From Octopus sinensis (taxonomy: Eukaryota): a stretch of 25,642 bases of DNA. Shown in pieces: positions 21,713-25,642 of this stretch. Position 1 is the first letter of the stretch, and each line of letters starts with the position of its first letter. The notes under the pieces are model-generated. The model did not search any database. It was not told where the DNA came from and worked only from the letters and a program-made list of their open reading frames with translations. Location of the stretch: assembly GCF_006345805.1 (NCBI RefSeq), contig NW_021836060.1:1-25642 (forward strand). Reading direction: 5' to 3'. A program made the position numbers and the translations under genes.

Positions 21713-22010
21713 AAAATTATAATAAACAGTATATGGAACAGTTCATAATTGTTACATACATTCAATAGAATCCATGTTCTAAAAAGGCGAACCTTATCAA
21801 ATATATATAAAGAGTATATAGAAAAATCCATAGTCGTTCTTACTGTTTTGTCGAGTGTAGAGGAGAAGTTCATTATAGATTTTACCTTGTGTTCCAATGG
21901 GAGCAACAGAAGTGATTGTTGGTCGTAATTTTGGTAACCTTGGTGGTTGTTGGGGTTATATCAGCTAAGCTGTGACAGCAGCAGTAGCCGTGGTCTCTGG
22001 TACTGTTCAC

Positions 22011-22035
22011 TGACGTCATATAATTCCAAACCAAT
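22011..22035. promoter_or_regulatory. CRE (TGACGTCA) and CCAAT motif in the PLE terminal region
   Basis: TGACGTCA at 22011-22018 and CCAAT at 22031-22035; promoter function is only inferred. Confidence 0.3.
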
Positions 22036-22066
22036 CAAAACCCAGCTTCAACGAATATAAGGAAAA

Positions 22067-22372
22067 GACCCATAACTGTATCCTGTTAGGAAACCAACCA
22101 AGCAGAACGACAAGCTTGACCACAGAAGAAAAATGTCATCAATTTTTTAACGAATCAAAATCAGATCTGACCCATAACTGTATCCTGTAAGGTGGCTAAC
22201 CTAGCAGAACGACTAGTTTGACCACGGAAGAAAAACGTCATCAATTTTTTAACGAATCAAAATCAGATCTGACCCATAACTGTATCTTGTAAGGAAACCA
22301 ACTAAGCAGGGCGACAAGCTTGACCACGGAGGTAAAACGTCATCAATTTTTTGACGAATCAAAATCAGATCT
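22067..22372. repeat. 3 x 102-bp tandem repeat within the PLE 3' region
   Basis: GACCCATAACTGTATC starts at 22067, 22169 and 22271. Confidence 0.95.
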
Positions 22373-22654
22373 GCTCGCAGAGAAAAAAATCTTTTTATAA
22401 ATTCTTCCTTCCCTAAGACATATCACTGCCAGCGGTAGTGACTGTTTAAGGATCTGAGGAATTGTAATTCCCTCCACCTCCACTATTTTAATTCTCTCAC
22501 TGTGGCCGTAGCAGCAGTGGTAGCAGTAGGGGGCTGTTGATCGTAGCAGTAATGGTAGTGACCACGGTGGTTGTAGTTGTAGTGCTAGTGGGAGCAGTCG
22601 TAGTGGTTGTGGTAGAATTTCGTTTTTTCTTTTTCGGAAGACCAATGTTTTGTT

Positions 22655-24290
22655 TTAATATTCCTGGCCCAGGGTGTTCAAACTTGGTCTAAATTTTTTG
22701 ATGAAATAAAGTTCTTTATTTTGGCGTTGAGTGAAGGTTACGCTGTCACTGAATTTGTAAAGTGGGTAAGTTGTAAATTTCGGATTTACATTTGCAGCAC
22801 ATCTATCTATGTGTCCGCTGACCGGTATTTTCCGGTATTCAGGGTTTCTAATTTGTCATTTATGCACCGCCATCCTTTTACGTAAGCTATTTTTTGTATG
22901 GCCTATATATTGCTTATTGCAGCCTGCGCATGTTAAGACGTAAATTAAGTTTTCTGATGCACAGGTGAAGTTTGTTCTAATGGTGAACTGATGGCCTTGT
23001 TCTAGTATAAATTCTGAACCTTCTACCAAGATGACACAGATTCCGCAGTTTGGGCCTTCCACATTTTCTAACTGCTGGTTTTGTGGTTGATGTTGAGTGC
23101 AGTTTAGCTTGGGTTAAAATCCTTTTCAAGGATTTTGGTTGCCGTTTACTTTTAATGATGGTGTGTTGTTTCGAGGATCCGGTTCATCTTTGGGTCTCCC
23201 TTTAGTAGGGCTGTGCTTTGTAGTATGGTGCTGAAGGCCTCATTGTTGTGGGTTTGTGTGTAGAGATGTAGGGAAGGGTTTTTAATTGTTCTTTCTTTTT
23301 TGGTTTTGTTTGTCTCAGGTCTTCTATACTTAATTTAAGTGCCCTTTGGATTGCACTGTCTATTAGGGGCTGTGGATAGTTTCTATTTGTGAGTGTGGTT
23401 CTAAGTTCCTGGAGACGTGTGTGTCGGGTGTTTGTGTCTGATATTATGGTGCAAATTCTTCTAGCTAAACAAAAAGGGACATTTATTCTAGTGTGTCGTG
23501 GGTGGCATGAATCAAAAGGTAGGTACTGTTTGGAGTCTGTCGGTTTATAATAGATATCTGTCTCTATTTTGTTGCCGGTTTTCTTAATGAGGATGTCTAA
23601 AAATGGTAATTCTTCTTCGTTATGATCCATCGTGAATTGTATATTATCATTTATTCCATTTAATAGTATTTTAAATTCCTCAAGTTTCTCTATACCTTTG
23701 TCCCAGATGATAAAACAGTCGTCGAGGTATCTTTTCCAGTTGTTCTGGATATAGGTGGAGAAGGTGTTTCCATATTTCTCGAGTGTTATCTGGTAGAGTA
23801 TTTTCGCGAGGTATCCCATCACTAGGTTGGCAAAAGAAGGCGCAGTACGCGTGCCCATCGCTGTTCCCGATCTTTGTCTGTAGAAATCATTGTCAAAAAT
23901 AAAATAATTGTTCTCTAAAATAAATCTAAGTCCTTCTATTATAAGGTCTTTGTTTATGCGAGTTGGGAGTTCAAAGGGGTAGTTATTCAGCCAGAAGGTG
24001 ATTGCTTCTATTCCAAGGTTGTGAGGGATGTTAGAATAAAGATTAACTACGTCGAATGATACTAGAAGGGTTTTCTCATTGACTGTTTTAGGGAGGTGGT
24101 TGAGCATATCTATATCGTCTCTTACGTAGCTTTTGATGTGTTTTAGGAAAGGTTTAAGAAGTGTGTCTAAGAAATTGCTGAGGCGGTGAGTCTCACATGC
24201 TGGCCCTGCTATTATCAGTCTAAGTTTAAGATCATTTGGTGAAGGGATTTTGATGAGTATATCGGTAGATGTTTTGCATGTTTCTCTAAT
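22655..24290 (-). pseudogene. PLE polyprotein remnant: reverse transcriptase, Cys linker and GIY-YIG endonuclease
   Basis: SFDVVNLYSNIP, RQRSGTAMGTRTAPSFANLVMGYL, WKRYLDDCFIIW, LPFLDILI, TDIYYKPTD, SCHPRH; KCGRP/NCGIC linker; IYVLTCAGCNKQYIGHTKNSLRKRM..H; RQNKELYFIKKFRPSLN; stop at 22655-22657. Three frameshifts (about 23250, 23160, 23060) and an in-frame TGA at 22856. Confidence 0.95.
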
Positions 24291-24366
<76 letters not shown>

Positions 24367-25154
24367 CGCTTATACATAAATGTATAATATATATATACAT
24401 AGATAGAGAGAGAGAGAGAAATAGATGATAGAGAGAAAGAGAACTTGATAGATTCATAGACAGACAGACAGACAGATACGTATCCCCTCCCATGATGAGC
24501 ATACTAGCATGTTTGTGCAGATGCAAGTGCAGGTTTATGCACACATGCACTTATGCAGAAAAAATGTGCCAGTATGAATGCATGTCTTTTAGTAAGTGTA
24601 AATATTGGCCCCTAAAACCCCCACCACTGCCGCCGCAGCCAACACCACCCTTCAGAAACCTCTCAGAAATTCCGCACATGCGAAAATGGTTGCATGTCAA
24701 ACAGCATTTTAACAACCCCCACCCCTGCTCTGCAAACACACACACACACACACCACATATACCTATACATGCATCCAGTCCGCCACATACACATGCATAC
24801 AAACATACGCACACAAATACACACACTCAAATACATACACACACACATACGCACACACGTAATATAAAAAAATACACAATCATACATACACACATACTCA
24901 CACACACATATGTATGCACAAACATACATTCATACACATGCACACACATACATACACACGCGTGCACACACACATATGCACACGCATATTCACACACACA
25001 TACACACACACACACACATATACCTATACATGCATCCAGTCCGCCACATACACATGCATACAAACATACACACACATACATACACACATACATACGCACA
25101 CACGCAATATACATACGTACACAATACATATTCACGCACACACACACGCACGCC

Positions 25155-25190
<36 letters not shown>
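24291..25190. repeat. TA/TG/GA/CA microsatellite field with a ~65-bp dispersed direct repeat
   Basis: ATATACCTATACATGCATCCAGTCCGCCACATACACATGCATACAAACATA at about 24756 and 25018. Confidence 0.9.
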
Positions 25191-25414
25191 AGTCCTCCAT
25201 TCACCGCCACTTGTACGGCCTGTCAATAGAATCGCCGCCAAATCTTTGCTCTCTGGCAACATTCGGTAACGATCGATTGGCACTCTCCGTTAAAAACCAT
25301 TTTGTGGGCGGAAAAAGTGGAGTTTGATTTTGATGAGGCCAAAGAGGAGGCAGAAGATGATGAGGAAAGGGTGGGGAGGTGGGGCAGTGGGGGGCGAGTC
25401 TTTACTCCGTCAGT

Positions 25415-25642
25415 GAGTGTATGTGTGTGTGCGTTTGTGTGTGCGCATGTGTGTGTGTGTGCGCATGTGTGTGTGTGTGTGTATATGCATGTGTGTTTTT
25501 ACTATGTATGTGTGAGTGCGTGCGTTTGTACATGTGTGTATGTATGTATGTTTGTGCGTACATATGTGTGCATGCGCGTATCTGTGTATGTATGTGTGTG
25601 TGCGTATGCAGTTGTGTGTACATGTATTTGAGTGTGCATATA
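25415..25642. repeat. (TG)n-rich microsatellite
   Basis: Direct reading. Confidence 0.95.

Larger units (their letters stand above)
21630..24290 (-). mobile_element. 5'-truncated Penelope-like element (Neptune-type) with 3' UTR/pLTR
   Basis: RT, Cys linker and GIY-YIG in that order, then a long 3' region ending in an HHR motif; both ends lie in (TA)n. Confidence 0.93.

Noticed and set aside
22067-22372. CRISPR-like array
   Set aside because: These are head-to-tail tandem units with no unique spacers, in a eukaryotic context without cas genes.
22856-22858. In-frame TGA in the GIY-YIG domain as a possible selenocysteine codon
   Set aside because: The position (HK*QI) corresponds to a basic residue, so CGA-to-TGA decay is more likely, and the element also has three frameshifts.

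Overview
Repeat-saturated, AT-rich eukaryotic DNA, most likely from a cephalopod (Octopus-like; inferred from the SINE families and microsatellite load). Almost all long ORFs in the track are microsatellite artefacts. Two decayed retroelements are clear. One is a 5'-truncated Neptune-type Penelope-like element (PLE; RT plus GIY-YIG, minus strand, about 21630-24290). The other is a 5'-truncated R4/Dong-type non-LTR element with a CCHC knuckle, a restriction-like endonuclease and a (TAA)n tail (plus strand, about 18948-20340). There are also many tRNA-derived SINEs (two with clear TSDs), (GAT)n-tailed retroposon ends and an old ~110-bp tandem array. The most striking unannotated structure is a set of at least 9 type I hammerhead ribozyme (HHR) motifs from several sequence-unrelated families, mostly on short modules embedded in (TA)n. 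Several have intact cores and self-complementary helix III. One has a compensatory U3-A8 core. Two fold-back palindromes (1.87 kb and 0.3 kb) are each built from head-to-head HHR-bearing ends. Five small phase-compatible minus-strand exon candidates suggest an unidentified host gene; only two are reasonably supported.
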